DNA of 64,000 nucleotides from Endomicrobiales bacterium (GTDB lineage Bacteria > Elusimicrobiota > Endomicrobiia > Endomicrobiales > JALOBY01): assembly GCA_963796955.1 (NCBI GenBank), contig CAWCNJ010000007.1, positions 60,632-124,631 on the forward strand. Reading direction: 5' to 3'. Below the pieces are notes generated by a model. It saw nothing but the letters and a program-made list of their open reading frames with translations. It did no database searches and was not told the origin of the DNA. The first letter of the stretch is position 1; each line of letters begins with the position of its first letter. The translations under genes and the position numbers were made by a program. Positions 30,905-40,964 of this stretch are shown piece after piece.

Positions 30905-30942
30905 GTCTTGCTCACCGGTCTCCGGTCTCCGGACTCCGGACT
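30870..30942. repeat. Inverted pair of heptamer tandem arrays (AGTCCGR and its complement)
   Basis: AGACCGG AGTCCGG AGTCCGA AGTCCGG then CCGGTCT CCGGTCT CCGGACT CCGGACT. Confidence 0.8.
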
Positions 30943-30960
30943 AATAATACAGGAGAACTA

Positions 30961-31947
30961 ATGAAGCCCTTGTTATCATTGATCCCGCGATTCCCTAAAC
31001 AAAAAATATTGGTTGTAGGCGATTTTATGATAGACAAGTTCGTGTGGGGTAAGGTGTCCCGCATCTCCCCGGAAGCCCCCGTTCCGGTCGTAGAAGTTAC
31101 CAGTGAAACTTACGCGCTGGGCGGCGCGGGCAACGTGGCGAATAACCTCACTTCTCTTGGCGCCCAGGTTTATTGCGTCGGCGTTCTCGGTGAAGACTCG
31201 GAAGGTACCTATCTTCGTAACGCCCTGAAGGCCCAGCATATTAACGCGGACCATGGCTCTCTCGTGAGCGATCCCACGCGGCCCACCATAATCAAGACCC
31301 GCATCATCGCGTCCCAGCAGCAGGTGGTGCGCGTCGATAAAGAGCTGAAAGGCAATTTCACCGCTGAAATAATTAAAAAACTCGTCGCGAATGTGGAAGC
31401 GATAATACCGGAAGTGAACGCCGTGATCATTTCCGATTACGGCAAAGGCGTCATAAACCTGCCGGTGCTGAAACGTGCCATTACCCTGGCGCATAAATAC
31501 AAGATACCCGTGACCGTAGATCCAAAGATAGAACATTTCATGAATTACAAAGGCGTAACCTGCATAACCCCTAACATGAAGGAAGCCCTGGAGGGCATGC
31601 GGACGGTTGACGCCCCCACCGAGGAAGACGTACGGGAACTGGGAAGAAGGATATTGAAAAAATTACGCTCGGAGTCGGTGCTGATAACGCGCAGTGAAAA
31701 GGGGATGACGCTTTTTCAGCAGGGCAAGATCACGCACATCCCGACCAGGGCCCGGGAAGTTTTCGATGTTACCGGCGCCGGCGATACGGTGATATCCGTT
31801 TTCACACTGGCGTTGTCCTGCGGGGCGACGTTGGTGATGGCCGCGGAGATAGCGAATTTTGCAGCCGGCGTCGTCGTGGGAAAGCTGGGGACCGCGCCTA
31901 TCACCCCTGAAGAATTGAAACACGCGATCATTAATTTCAAAGGCTGA
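30961..31947 (+). CDS. rfaE1: D-glycero-beta-D-manno-heptose-7-phosphate kinase (RfaE domain I)
   Basis: RISPEAPVPV, GGAGNVANN, ISDYGKG, VDPK, VFDVTGAGDTV, VVGKLGT; no adenylyltransferase domain. Confidence 0.92.
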   Translation: MKPLLSLIPRFPKQKILVVGDFMIDKFVWGKVSRISPEAPVPVVEVTSETYALGGAGNVANNLTSLGAQVYCVGVLGEDSEGTYLRNALKAQHINADHGSLVSDPTRPTIIKTRIIASQQQVVRVDKELKGNFTAEIIKKLVANVEAIIPEVNAVIISDYGKGVINLPVLKRAITLAHKYKIPVTVDPKIEHFMNYKGVTCITPNMKEALEGMRTVDAPTEEDVRELGRRILKKLRSESVLITRSEKGMTLFQQGKITHIPTRAREVFDVTGAGDTVISVFTLALSCGATLVMAAEIANFAAGVVVGKLGTAPITPEELKHAIINFKG

Positions 31948-31953
31948 CACGAA

Positions 31954-32685
31954 ATGCGAACAGTAGGCGTCATCCCGGCCCGTTACCAGTCCAGCCGATT
32001 TCCCGGCAAGCCGCTGGTTATGATCAGCGGCAAGATGTTGATACAGCGCGTCTGGGAACAATCCCGCAAGGCGAAAGAGCTGGATGACGTGATCATTGCG
32101 ACCGATGACCCGCGCATACAGACCGCCGCCGAGTCTTTCGGTGCCCGTGTGGTCTTGACCCCGGTTGAGTGTAACAGCGGCACCGACCGCCTCGCGCAAG
32201 TAGCGGTATCCGCTGAGGCGGGCGCCGGCTATTTTGTGAACATCCAGGGCGATGAACCGCTTATTTCGCCGGGGCTCATAGACGATCTGGTGATAGCATT
32301 AAAAGCCGAACGCAGGGCGGCGGTCGTGACGGCCTGCTATCCGCTTGATAACGATCTCGCCGGAGATCCGAATATCTGCAAAGTGGCGCTGGATGAACGT
32401 GATTTCGCTTTGCTGTTCTCGCGCTGTCCGATACCCTTCGCGCGCACAAAATTCCATGCGGGCTACCTGAAGCACCTGGGTATATACGCCTATCGCCGTA
32501 AACAGCTGCTGCAATTTACAAAGTACCTGCAGACCCCGCTGGAGATCGCAGAGTCGCTGGAACAGCTTCGCTTCCTGGAAAAAGGAATGAAGATCAAGGT
32601 TATCCGTTCCGAACATGATTCCTTCGGTGTTGATGTACCTGAGGATATTAAAAAGATCGAAGAAAAACTTCAAAATATAAACTGA
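31954..32685 (+). CDS. kdsB: 3-deoxy-manno-octulosonate cytidylyltransferase
   Basis: [37 protein letters not shown]. Confidence 0.96.
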   Translation: MRTVGVIPARYQSSRFPGKPLVMISGKMLIQRVWEQSRKAKELDDVIIATDDPRIQTAAESFGARVVLTPVECNSGTDRLAQVAVSAEAGAGYFVNIQGDEPLISPGLIDDLVIALKAERRAAVVTACYPLDNDLAGDPNICKVALDERDFALLFSRCPIPFARTKFHAGYLKHLGIYAYRRKQLLQFTKYLQTPLEIAESLEQLRFLEKGMKIKVIRSEHDSFGVDVPEDIKKIEEKLQNIN

Positions 32686-32723
32686 CGGACAATGGGGTCC
32701 GTCTCGAAAAAAGGATCATGAAA

Positions 32724-34361
32724 ATGGCAAAAAAGATGAAGGCGGCGAAGAAGCATCCTACTAAATTTATTTTTGTGACGGGCGGCGTGGTGTCGTCTCT
32801 GGGAAAAGGCATCACGGCGGCCTCTATCGGTACGCTTTTGAAGGCGCGCGGATTGAAGGTTAACGTCTTGAAATGCGACCCCTATCTTAACGTGGACCCG
32901 GGCACGATGTCACCGTATCAGCACGGAGAGGTTTTCGTAACTGCCGACGGAGCTGAGACAGATCTGGATCTGGGGCACTATGAACGGTTCATTGATATCG
33001 AAACGAAACGCGGCAATAACATAACCGCCGGCAAAGTGTACGAGAATGTTTTGAGCGCTGAACGCCGCGGCGATTACCTGGGCAAAACCGTGCAGGTGGT
33101 ACCGCACATTACGAACGAGATAAAAAAACATATCAGGGTTTTGGCCGATGATAACGATATAGTTATCGTTGAGATCGGCGGCACCGTCGGTGACATCGAA
33201 AGCCTGCCGTTCCTTGAGGCGATCAGACAGTTCCGCCTTGAAATGGGGCGCGATAACGTGCTTTTCATTCAAGTTACGCTGGTGCCGTATATCAGGGCTG
33301 CCGGCGAGATGAAGACAAAACCGACCCAGCACGGCGTTATGAAACTGCGCGAGATCGGTATAGAACCCTCGATACTGATCTGCCGCATGGAAAAACCTCT
33401 GACCGAGGACCTGAAAGCGAAGCTGGCCATGTTCTGCAACGTGGAGCATCGCGCGGTTATCGATGAGTGCGATGTGGGAACATCCATTTATGAAGTGCCC
33501 CTGCTGCTGCGCAACCAGAAACTTGACGACCTGGTGCTTGAGTATCTGCACATGGATGCACCGGAAGCGGATATGAAAGACTGGGAAGAAATGGTGCACC
33601 GCTGTCGTTTCCCGAAACACAAGGTTACCATCGCGGTCGCCGGCAAGTATACCGAGCTGAAGGATGCCTACAAGAGCATCTGGGAAGCGATAACCCACGG
33701 CGGTGTCGCGAACAATGCTTCCGTCGACATCGTGTATCAGGATGTGGAAAGCGAGACGCTGGAAGAAGACCTTTCGAAAGTCGACGGTATATTGGTTCCG
33801 GGCGGTTTCGGCGACCGCGGCATAGAAGGAAAGATACAGGCCATTAAATACGCCCGCGAGCACAACGTGCCGTTCTTCGGTGTTTGTCTTGGCATGCAGT
33901 GCGCCGTTATAGAGTTCGCACGGAACGTGCTGGGCCTTAAGGACGCCCACTCGTCGGAGTTCAATCCTAAGACGAAAAACCCCATCATCTACTGGATGGC
34001 CGGCCAGAAGGATATCAAGAATATGGGCGGCACGATGCGCCTGGGAAGCTATCTCTGCTCACTGGTGAAGAATTCTACCGCCAGGGCGGCCTACCGGCGA
34101 GATAAGATCAAAGAGCGCCACCGTCACCGTTATGAGTTCAACAATAAATATCGCAAACAGGTTGAAGCCAACGGTCTCTCCGTCTCGGGCGTAAATCCCG
34201 AACAGAACCTGGTGGAGATCGTGGAGCTGAAAAAGCACCCGTGGTTCGTGGGTGTGCAGTTCCATCCGGAGTTCCAGTCCCGCCCGACGCGCCCGCACCC
34301 TTTGTTCCGTGACTTCGTCAGCGCCGCGCTGGTTAACCGTCTCAACAAGGAGAGCCAGTGA
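32724..34361 (+). CDS. pyrG: CTP synthase
   Basis: [46 protein letters not shown]; alternative start 32718. Confidence 0.98.
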   Translation: MAKKMKAAKKHPTKFIFVTGGVVSSLGKGITAASIGTLLKARGLKVNVLKCDPYLNVDPGTMSPYQHGEVFVTADGAETDLDLGHYERFIDIETKRGNNITAGKVYENVLSAERRGDYLGKTVQVVPHITNEIKKHIRVLADDNDIVIVEIGGTVGDIESLPFLEAIRQFRLEMGRDNVLFIQVTLVPYIRAAGEMKTKPTQHGVMKLREIGIEPSILICRMEKPLTEDLKAKLAMFCNVEHRAVIDECDVGTSIYEVPLLLRNQKLDDLVLEYLHMDAPEADMKDWEEMVHRCRFPKHKVTIAVAGKYTELKDAYKSIWEAITHGGVANNASVDIVYQDVESETLEEDLSKVDGILVPGGFGDRGIEGKIQAIKYAREHNVPFFGVCLGMQCAVIEFARNVLGLKDAHSSEFNPKTKNPIIYWMAGQKDIKNMGGTMRLGSYLCSLVKNSTARAAYRRDKIKERHRHRYEFNNKYRKQVEANGLSVSGVNPEQNLVEIVELKKHPWFVGVQFHPEFQSRPTRPHPLFRDFVSAALVNRLNKESQ

Positions 34362-35188
34362 ACCGTATCGTCGATATTGATAAGCATGCCGTTGCATTCG
34401 CCAATGACCGCGCTTTGACCCTGATCGCGGGTCCCTGCGTGATGGAAACTGAAAAGGCGACCCTGGCCATTGCGCGCGATCTTTTGGAGATGACCAGCAA
34501 GATCGGCATTCCTCTGGTGTTCAAAGCCTCGTATGATAAGGCTAACCGTACCTCCGGCAGCTCCTTCCGGGGCCTGGGCATGAAAAAGGGTATGGCGATC
34601 CTGGAAAAAGTGCGCACAGAGTATGATATACCCGTGCTGACCGATGTGCATACCGTCGAAGAAGCGGTAGAAGCGGCGAAGACCGTTGATATCCTGCAGG
34701 TGCCGGCGTTCCTCTGCCGGCAAACCGACCTGCTGATCGCCTGCGCAAAGACGGGGCGCGCCGTCAATATCAAAAAAGGTCAGTTCATGGCGCCGGGAGA
34801 TATGGCGCACGCGGCCGCAAAGATCACCGCCAACGGCAATAAAAAAGTGATGATCACGGAACGCGGCACGACCTTCGGCTACAACGATCTGGTCGTTGAT
34901 ATGCGCGGCCTGGAAATAATGAAGCAGTCCGGCATACCCGTTATCTTTGACGCGACCCATTCAGTGCAGACGCCGGGCGGTATGAACGGTTCCAGCGGCG
35001 GCAGGCGCGAATTCATCATGCCGCTTGCCTCTGCAGCGGTGGCTCTGGGGATAGCCGGTTTGTTCCTGGAAGTCCATCCGAATCCCGACAAAGCGCTTTC
35101 TGACGGTCCTAATTCTGTGACCTTGAAGGATCTGCCTAAGATGCTGAAAAAACTGGCCGCGATAGATAAATTGGTAAAACAACAGTAG
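34358..35188 (+). CDS. kdsA: 3-deoxy-8-phosphooctulonate synthase
   Basis: [42 protein letters not shown]. Confidence 0.97.
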   Translation: MNRIVDIDKHAVAFANDRALTLIAGPCVMETEKATLAIARDLLEMTSKIGIPLVFKASYDKANRTSGSSFRGLGMKKGMAILEKVRTEYDIPVLTDVHTVEEAVEAAKTVDILQVPAFLCRQTDLLIACAKTGRAVNIKKGQFMAPGDMAHAAAKITANGNKKVMITERGTTFGYNDLVVDMRGLEIMKQSGIPVIFDATHSVQTPGGMNGSSGGRREFIMPLASAAVALGIAGLFLEVHPNPDKALSDGPNSVTLKDLPKMLKKLAAIDKLVKQQ

Positions 35189-35240
35189 TCCCCGCTCAGC
35201 GGGATTTCGCGAATATGGATAAGTTCAGGAGGAGCTCAAG

Positions 35241-35513
35241 ATGAAATGCGTAAAATGCCAGACTGAAAATAAAGAGGCCGCAAAGAACTGTAAAAAGTGC
35301 GGCAGTGAATTAGCGGTGGTGCCTCTGTGGCGGCCGACATTAAAATGGCATCTGACCGTGCTGGGCGGCATTTACGGTGTTCTGCTGGTGCTGTTCTTCG
35401 TGCTGAATATGGTCCTTAAGCCCTACATGCGCCAAATACCGGCAGATATAACCCCCTGGCTTAAGGCGACACCGAACGCAGCGGGAACAACGACGCCGAC
35501 CAATCCTCAATAA
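35241..35513 (+). CDS. Small zinc-ribbon membrane protein
   Basis: CVKC..CKKCG followed by one TM helix; AGGAGG RBS. Confidence 0.75.
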   Translation: MKCVKCQTENKEAAKNCKKCGSELAVVPLWRPTLKWHLTVLGGIYGVLLVLFFVLNMVLKPYMRQIPADITPWLKATPNAAGTTTPTNPQ

Positions 35514-35523
35514 CCGGGATCCT

Positions 35524-36084
35524 GTGATGAACGCTCAACGCGCACCGCAACGGATAATCGACAAAGCAAAAAAAATTAAAATGATCGCCATGGATGTGGA
35601 CGGGGTGCTTACGGGCGGCGAGATAATAATATACGAGTCGGGGAAGAACGTTAAAGAATTGAAGTTCTGGAACGTGCGTGACCGGATGGGTTTTTCATTG
35701 TTGCGTTCCGCGAAGTCTGACCTGAAGCTTGCCTGGATAACCGGACGCTACTGCAAACATGTCGCCGATCAGGCGCGTGAGCTCAGGATCGAAAGCTTTA
35801 CCCAGGATTGCATGGATAAAGCCGCCGCCATGAAAAGCCTGCTGAAAAAATTTTCCCTGGAACCGGAACAGGTGCTGTATATTGGCGATGACCTGGTGGA
35901 TGTACCGGTGTTAAAAATGGTCGGCCTGGGCATCGCGCCGTGCGATGCTATTCCCGAAGCCTTACATGCCGCTGACTATGTTACGCAGGTGGCCGGCGGT
36001 AAAGGCGTGCTGCGCGAGGTCGCCGAACTGGTGCTTAAAGCGCGCGGGCTTTGGGCGACGGCTGCCGCCAAATATCTGGGATGA
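35524..36084 (+). CDS. kdsC: KDO 8-phosphate phosphatase (KdsC/YrbI)
   Basis: MDVDGVLTGG, ITGR, YIGDDLVD, GGKGVLRE. Confidence 0.9.
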   Translation: MMNAQRAPQRIIDKAKKIKMIAMDVDGVLTGGEIIIYESGKNVKELKFWNVRDRMGFSLLRSAKSDLKLAWITGRYCKHVADQARELRIESFTQDCMDKAAAMKSLLKKFSLEPEQVLYIGDDLVDVPVLKMVGLGIAPCDAIPEALHAADYVTQVAGGKGVLREVAELVLKARGLWATAAAKYLG

Positions 36085-37007
36085 AACGTATTATCCGTCA
36101 GTTTTATTTTTACGGCGCCTGGCTTTTCGCGAAGTTGGTGTTGCTGTTGCCGTTCCGTTTAGCGGTTAAGACCGGCGGGGCACTTGGTTTGCTTGGCTAC
36201 TATGCGGCCGCGAAAGCCAGGAAAACCGCCATCGAAAATATTTCGCGGGCTTTCCCTGAAATGTCTCCGGACACCATCCGGGCGGTCGCGAAAGAAGTCT
36301 TTGTAAATCAGGGGAAAAATGCCTTTGAGTTGTTTTCGTATCCGCGTCTGAGCGAAACAAAACTGCTTTCACTGGCCTCAGTCGAAAATGCGGAAGCGTT
36401 AAAAAAAGCATTTGCGACGGGTAACGGCGTTCTTATCGCGAGCGCCCACTGCGGCAACTGGGAAATACTTGGTGCGGCGCTGGCTGCTTCCGGCTATAAG
36501 ATAAACGTCATAGCGAAACGCATCTATATCGAAGGGCTGAACAACATGCTGGTCGGCTTCAGGGAATCGAAGCAGGTGAAGGTGATCCTCAGGTCCGAGC
36601 CTTCTACCGCACGACAGATGCTGCGCGCCCTGCACAACAATGAATCGATCGGCATGCTGATAGATCAGGATACGGCCGTACCCGGGGTTTTCGTGCCGTT
36701 CTTTGGCAAGGACGCCTACACTCCCTCAGGGATGGCTTCCCTGGCGGTAAAGACCGGCGCGGCTGTCGTGCTGGCGCTTGATGTGCGTAACCCCGATGAA
36801 AGCCATACCGTTAAGATATGGGGACCGATCGAGCCGCATCTCTCAGGCAATGAAGAAAATGACATTCTGGAACTGACGAAAGAAGTAAGCGCAAGGACGG
36901 AAGAACACATTCGCCTTCATCCGGGCCAGTGGGTGTGGATGCATGAGCGGTGGAAAACGCAGCGGCAGTCCGAAGTCCGAAGTCCGAAGTCCGGAGAAAC
37001 GGCTTGA
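36081..37007 (+). CDS. lpxL: Lipid A late acyltransferase (LpxL/HtrB family)
   Basis: SAHCGNWE, LIDQD, VPFFG, PGQWVWMHERWK. Confidence 0.88.
   Translation: MKRIIRQFYFYGAWLFAKLVLLLPFRLAVKTGGALGLLGYYAAAKARKTAIENISRAFPEMSPDTIRAVAKEVFVNQGKNAFELFSYPRLSETKLLSLASVENAEALKKAFATGNGVLIASAHCGNWEILGAALAASGYKINVIAKRIYIEGLNNMLVGFRESKQVKVILRSEPSTARQMLRALHNNESIGMLIDQDTAVPGVFVPFFGKDAYTPSGMASLAVKTGAAVVLALDVRNPDESHTVKIWGPIEPHLSGNEENDILELTKEVSARTEEHIRLHPGQWVWMHERWKTQRQSEVRSPKSGETA
36967..36994. repeat. Heptamer tandem repeat (4 x AGTCCGR) in the 3' end of lpxL
   Basis: AGTCCGA AGTCCGA AGTCCGA AGTCCGG. Confidence 0.8.
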
Positions 37008-37531
37008 AAAAATTATCATACATCATTATGGCGCTTTGTTTTATTGCCGGGTGCGGCAAGGGAACGACCAAGCTTGAGGTGCCGCCGGCGATGCCGGAGC
37101 AGGGACTTGAAAAATTTACCGTCAGTGAAACACATGCGGGTAAGCCAAACTGGGTCCTTGAGGCGGCCTCCGCGCAGATCATGGAAAAACAGAAAAAGGT
37201 TCTTATGCAGTCGGCGGTCGTTAAGTTCTATCAGGACGGTAAATACTCCTCCACCCTGACGGCTAAAAAAGGGCGTATCAATACGGATAATTACGATATC
37301 TGGGCCGATGGCGACTGCGAGCTGAAGACCATCAAAGGTGAAACCCTTACGACCAGCAACATGGTATATACTTCTTCCACCAGTAAGATCTCGACGAACG
37401 AATTCGTCCGCATTGTCCGCCCTGATGAAGTGATAGAAGGTACCGGCATGGAAGCTTCCCCGAACCTGGACGATATTACGATAAAGAAACAGCGCGTGGT
37501 AATGAAAGATGATAAAAAGATCTCTGATTAG
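37004..37531 (+). CDS. lptC: LPS export protein LptC (lipoprotein-type N-terminus)
   Basis: FIAGC lipobox; beta-jellyroll-like sequence (WVLEAASA, LTAKKG, LTTSNMVY, IEGTGM); position before lptA and lptB. Confidence 0.8.
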   Translation: MKKLSYIIMALCFIAGCGKGTTKLEVPPAMPEQGLEKFTVSETHAGKPNWVLEAASAQIMEKQKKVLMQSAVVKFYQDGKYSSTLTAKKGRINTDNYDIWADGDCELKTIKGETLTTSNMVYTSSTSKISTNEFVRIVRPDEVIEGTGMEASPNLDDITIKKQRVVMKDDKKISD

Positions 37532-38184
37532 CCTTGCGCTCACCGCCGTCTGCGCCGCCGCGCTTTTCGGGGTCTCGGAACCCAAGACCATTATAACCGG
37601 CGACAAAATGCAGATAAAGAAGAACGGTGAACAGGTGATCTTTACCGGGAATGCCCTGATAAAACGGGGGGCAGAGACCCTGGCGGCAGATCAGATCATC
37701 CAGAATAAAAAAGATAATACCGTCGACGCATCAGGGGACGTTGATTTCAATGCGGTCACGGCCGACACCGAAACCGGTCCGTTTCCTTTCCGGCCGGGCT
37801 CATTATCTTTTGAAAACAAAATCCGGACGCCTCTGGGAGAACAGGCCGCTTGCGATCTGGCTGCCTGCGGCTTCAACGGCCCCGGTCACCATGCAGGCCG
37901 ACACGATAGATTTTGATCAGGCGAAAGGTGAAATGACGGGCGAGGGCGCGGTCAATATCATTTCTTCATCCGGCACTATTTCATCGCCGCTCGCTAACTT
38001 TTACCAGCACGAAAAAAAACTGGTACTGACGCGCGGCGCTTTTCAGCCCGAGGTTACGTACATCCAGCCCGATTCCTCCGGCCGTTACCGGGCCGACAGT
38101 ATTGTCATGCTGATGAACGAAAAGAAGGCCTTCTTTACCGGCAACGTATTGGGCAGGGTGTTATTCAAGGAACAACCTAAATGA
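37509..38184 (+). CDS. lptA: LptA/OstA-like periplasmic protein, frameshifted near 37772
   Basis: Signal peptide; IITGDKM, FTGNALIKRG..LAADQI; continues in ORF 37741-38184 (ADTIDFD, AFFTGNV); one extra A in GAAACCG. Confidence 0.7.
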
Positions 38185-38906
38185 ACGCTATCTTGCGCAG
38201 CGAGAACCTGAAAAAACAATATGGTGAAAAAATAGTCGTCGATGATATCAGTATCTCCGTACGGCAGGGGGAAATAGTAGGCCTGCTGGGGCCCAACGGC
38301 GCCGGCAAGACCACCACCTTCTATATGACGGTCGGGTTGATAAAACCGCTTTCCGGAAAAGTTTTCATTGATAATGCGGAACTGACCAATGAGCCGATGT
38401 TCCGCCGCGCGCGCCTGGGGATCGGCTACCTGCCGCAGGAACCGTCCATCTTCCGCAGGCTTACGGTGGAACAAAATCTCTGGGCCATTTTGGAGTACCT
38501 GCCGCTTACCAAAAAGGAAATGACGTATAAAGCCGAAAAATTGCTGGACGAATTGGGCTTGAAACATCTGCGCAGGCAAATGGCAAGCACCCTTTCCGGC
38601 GGGGAAAAGCGGCGCTGCGAAATTGCGCGGGCGCTGGTGACCGATCCAAAATTCCTGCTGCTGGACGAACCGTTCGTCGGCATAGACCCTATAACCGTGG
38701 CCGATATTCAGGGTATTATCGGCCGGCTGCGCGAAAAGGGACTCGGCGTGCTGATCACGGACCATAACGTGCGCGAGACGCTGGATATCATAGACCGCGC
38801 CTACATAGTGTACTGCGGCAAGGTGCTGTTGGAGGGCAACGCGAAAGACCTTTTAGAAAGCGCCGAAGCGCGCCGCGTCTACCTGGGTGAGAATTTTAAG
38901 ATGTAG
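38181..38906 (+). CDS. lptB: LPS export ABC transporter ATP-binding protein
   Basis: GPNGAGKTT, GYLPQEPSIFR, LSGGEKRR, LLDEPF, LITDHNVRET, VYLGENF. Confidence 0.96.
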   Translation: MNAILRSENLKKQYGEKIVVDDISISVRQGEIVGLLGPNGAGKTTTFYMTVGLIKPLSGKVFIDNAELTNEPMFRRARLGIGYLPQEPSIFRRLTVEQNLWAILEYLPLTKKEMTYKAEKLLDELGLKHLRRQMASTLSGGEKRRCEIARALVTDPKFLLLDEPFVGIDPITVADIQGIIGRLREKGLGVLITDHNVRETLDIIDRAYIVYCGKVLLEGNAKDLLESAEARRVYLGENFKM

Positions 38907-38917
38907 ACGAAAAGCGT

Positions 38918-38946
38918 TTGATTTGCCGTGTAGAATTTGATATAAA
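38918..38946 (+). promoter_or_regulatory. Sigma70-type promoter upstream of hpf
   Basis: TTGATT (38918-38923), 17 nt, TGa-TATAAA (-10 at 38941-38946); AAAGGAG RBS. Confidence 0.55.
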
Positions 38947-38974
38947 AATAGTATCAGCCTAAAGGAGAACGAAC

Positions 38975-39523
38975 ATGCAGGTAAACATCACCGCACGCCA
39001 TCTTGAGCTCACACCGGCCCTGGCCGAGTATGTGCGCAAGAAAATGCAGAAATGTGAGCGCATATTTGATCACATTGTATGGTCTCAGGTAATACTCTCC
39101 GTAGAAAAAACGCGCCAGATAGTAGAGATAGTGCTTCACGCCAGCAACCACACGTTCCGCGCCAAAGAAGAATCGATAGACCTGTACTCCGCCTTAGACC
39201 TCGCCGTCGAAAAGATGGACAAACAACTGAAAAAACTCAAGGAAATGACCAAGCTGCACCGCAAGAGCAAGTCTGAAGTGGCCGAGCTGAAGGCCGACCG
39301 CAGCAAAAAGCAGGTCGCAACGGTGAGCAAACAGACCGGCAAAGAACTTATCGCCGAGGTCAAATCGTTCGAGATAAAGCCGATGTCAACCGCTGAAGCG
39401 ATAGACGAGATGGAATTGCTCGGGTTCGGCTTCTATATTTACTTCAATGAGGGTGCTTCTCAAATAAACGTTGTGTACAAGAAGAAAAACGGTACGTACG
39501 GACTGATAGAACCTGAAATGTAA
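38975..39523 (+). CDS. hpf: Long-form ribosome hibernation promoting factor (RaiA/HPF)
   Basis: ITARHLELTPAL, DLYSALD, KPMSTAEAIDEMELLG, NVVYKKKNGTYGLIEP. Confidence 0.92.
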   Translation: MQVNITARHLELTPALAEYVRKKMQKCERIFDHIVWSQVILSVEKTRQIVEIVLHASNHTFRAKEESIDLYSALDLAVEKMDKQLKKLKEMTKLHRKSKSEVAELKADRSKKQVATVSKQTGKELIAEVKSFEIKPMSTAEAIDEMELLGFGFYIYFNEGASQINVVYKKKNGTYGLIEPEM

Positions 39524-39566
39524 TGGACGGCACGTTGCCCGCCGGTTGAAGGAGGAGTATCCCAGC

Positions 39567-40025
39567 ATGAAGATCATGGATTTTTTAAGTCCCGAAGCTA
39601 TTATTGTTGACCTGCAAGCTACCGATAAGAAAGGCGTTATAAGCGAACTGGTACAGGCGCTCGCCGCCGCCAAGAAGATAAAGAAGGCGGACGAGGTCAT
39701 CAGCGTTATAATGGAGAGGGAAAAGCTTGGTTCAACCGGCATCGGTCAGGGCGTGGCCATACCGCACGGCAAAACGGACATCGTGCCCCAGCAGGTTGGC
39801 GCGCTCGGCATTTCCCAGCGCGGTGTCGCTTTTAATTCCCTGGACGGGGAGCCGGTACACATTGTGTTCCTGCTCTGCGGCCCGGTAGATATAGCTGGGC
39901 AGCACCTGAAGGCGCTTGCCCGGATATCACGGATCCTGAAAGATAAATTTTTCCGCCAGGCGCTGCGCGATGCCAAGAACGCCGACGAAGTGGTAAAGAT
40001 CATTTCCAAAGAAGACGAGTATTAA
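39567..40025 (+). CDS. ptsN: PTS IIA (Ntr/fructose type)
   Basis: REKLGSTGIGQGVAIPHGK, HLKALARISR. Confidence 0.85.
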   Translation: MKIMDFLSPEAIIVDLQATDKKGVISELVQALAAAKKIKKADEVISVIMEREKLGSTGIGQGVAIPHGKTDIVPQQVGALGISQRGVAFNSLDGEPVHIVFLLCGPVDIAGQHLKALARISRILKDKFFRQALRDAKNADEVVKIISKEDEY

Positions 40026-40960
40026 TGGCAGAGGTAAACGTCGGCACGCTGCTGAAAGAAAAAAGCGAACGCCTGAAATTGCAGTTGATAAGCGGAGTGG
40101 AAGGGCTTGCCCGTCCTATAAAGGTCTCGGAGATCAACCGCCCGGGGCTGGTGTTCTCCGGCTTTTTTGAACATTTTCCCGCGGAACGGGTGCAGATAAT
40201 CGGCCTGGCCGAACATGCGTACCTGCGGTCTCTTTCGGAGGACCGCCAGCGGGAGATCCTTGAGAAAATGCTGTCATACCCCGATTTTCCCTGTTCGATA
40301 ATAACCCGCAACCTGGAACCGCTCCCCGTCATGAAAGAAGTGCACGACCGCATGAAAGCCCCCCTGATACTGTCCGACATGAAACCTTCCCAGCTGATGG
40401 CCGAGATCATCTTCTATCTTGAAGATAAGATGGCCAAGAAAACAAAGGTGCACGGTGTGCTGGTAAGCGTTTACGGCCTCGGGGTCCTGATCATAGGGAA
40501 CGCCGGCATCGGCAAATCCGAGTCCGCCCTGGAGCTGGTAAAGCGCGGGCACATGTTCGTTGCAGACGACGTGGTGGAACTGCGCCAGCGATCCGGCGGC
40601 ACGCTTATCGGCAGAGGCGAAGAGATAATACAACACCACATGGAAGTGCGCGGCCTGGGCATCGTCAATGTGCACAACCTTTTCGGTATCGGGTTCATCC
40701 TGAACGAAACGAAAATAGATCTGGTGGTCCGCCTGGTGGACTGGTCCGAGACACAGGATTATGAGCGGGTGGGACTGGAAGATCATTTCACTACTTTCCT
40801 GGAAGTGCAAGTGCCGGAGATAGTTCTGCCGGTGCGGCCGGGAAGGAACCTGGCGATATTGATAGAAATGGCTAGCCTTAACCAGCGCCTGAAGAATGAA
40901 GGACGCCATTCGGCGAAAGAGCTTAATCAGCGCCTCCTTCAGATAATGTCCAAGGAATGA
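40025..40960 (+). CDS. hprK: HPr(Ser) kinase/phosphorylase
   Basis: HGVLV, GNAGIGKSESALEL, VADD, HMEVRGLG, PVRPGRNLA. Confidence 0.95.
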   Translation: MAEVNVGTLLKEKSERLKLQLISGVEGLARPIKVSEINRPGLVFSGFFEHFPAERVQIIGLAEHAYLRSLSEDRQREILEKMLSYPDFPCSIITRNLEPLPVMKEVHDRMKAPLILSDMKPSQLMAEIIFYLEDKMAKKTKVHGVLVSVYGLGVLIIGNAGIGKSESALELVKRGHMFVADDVVELRQRSGGTLIGRGEEIIQHHMEVRGLGIVNVHNLFGIGFILNETKIDLVVRLVDWSETQDYERVGLEDHFTTFLEVQVPEIVLPVRPGRNLAILIEMASLNQRLKNEGRHSAKELNQRLLQIMSKE

Positions 40961-40964
40961 CCTG

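Noticed and set aside
32684..35205. Small hairpins after kdsB (GACGGAC/GTCCGTC) and kdsA (CCCGC-TCA-GCGGG) as terminators
   Set aside because: Short stems without a convincing U-tract inside an apparently continuous operon; at most processing or stability hairpins.
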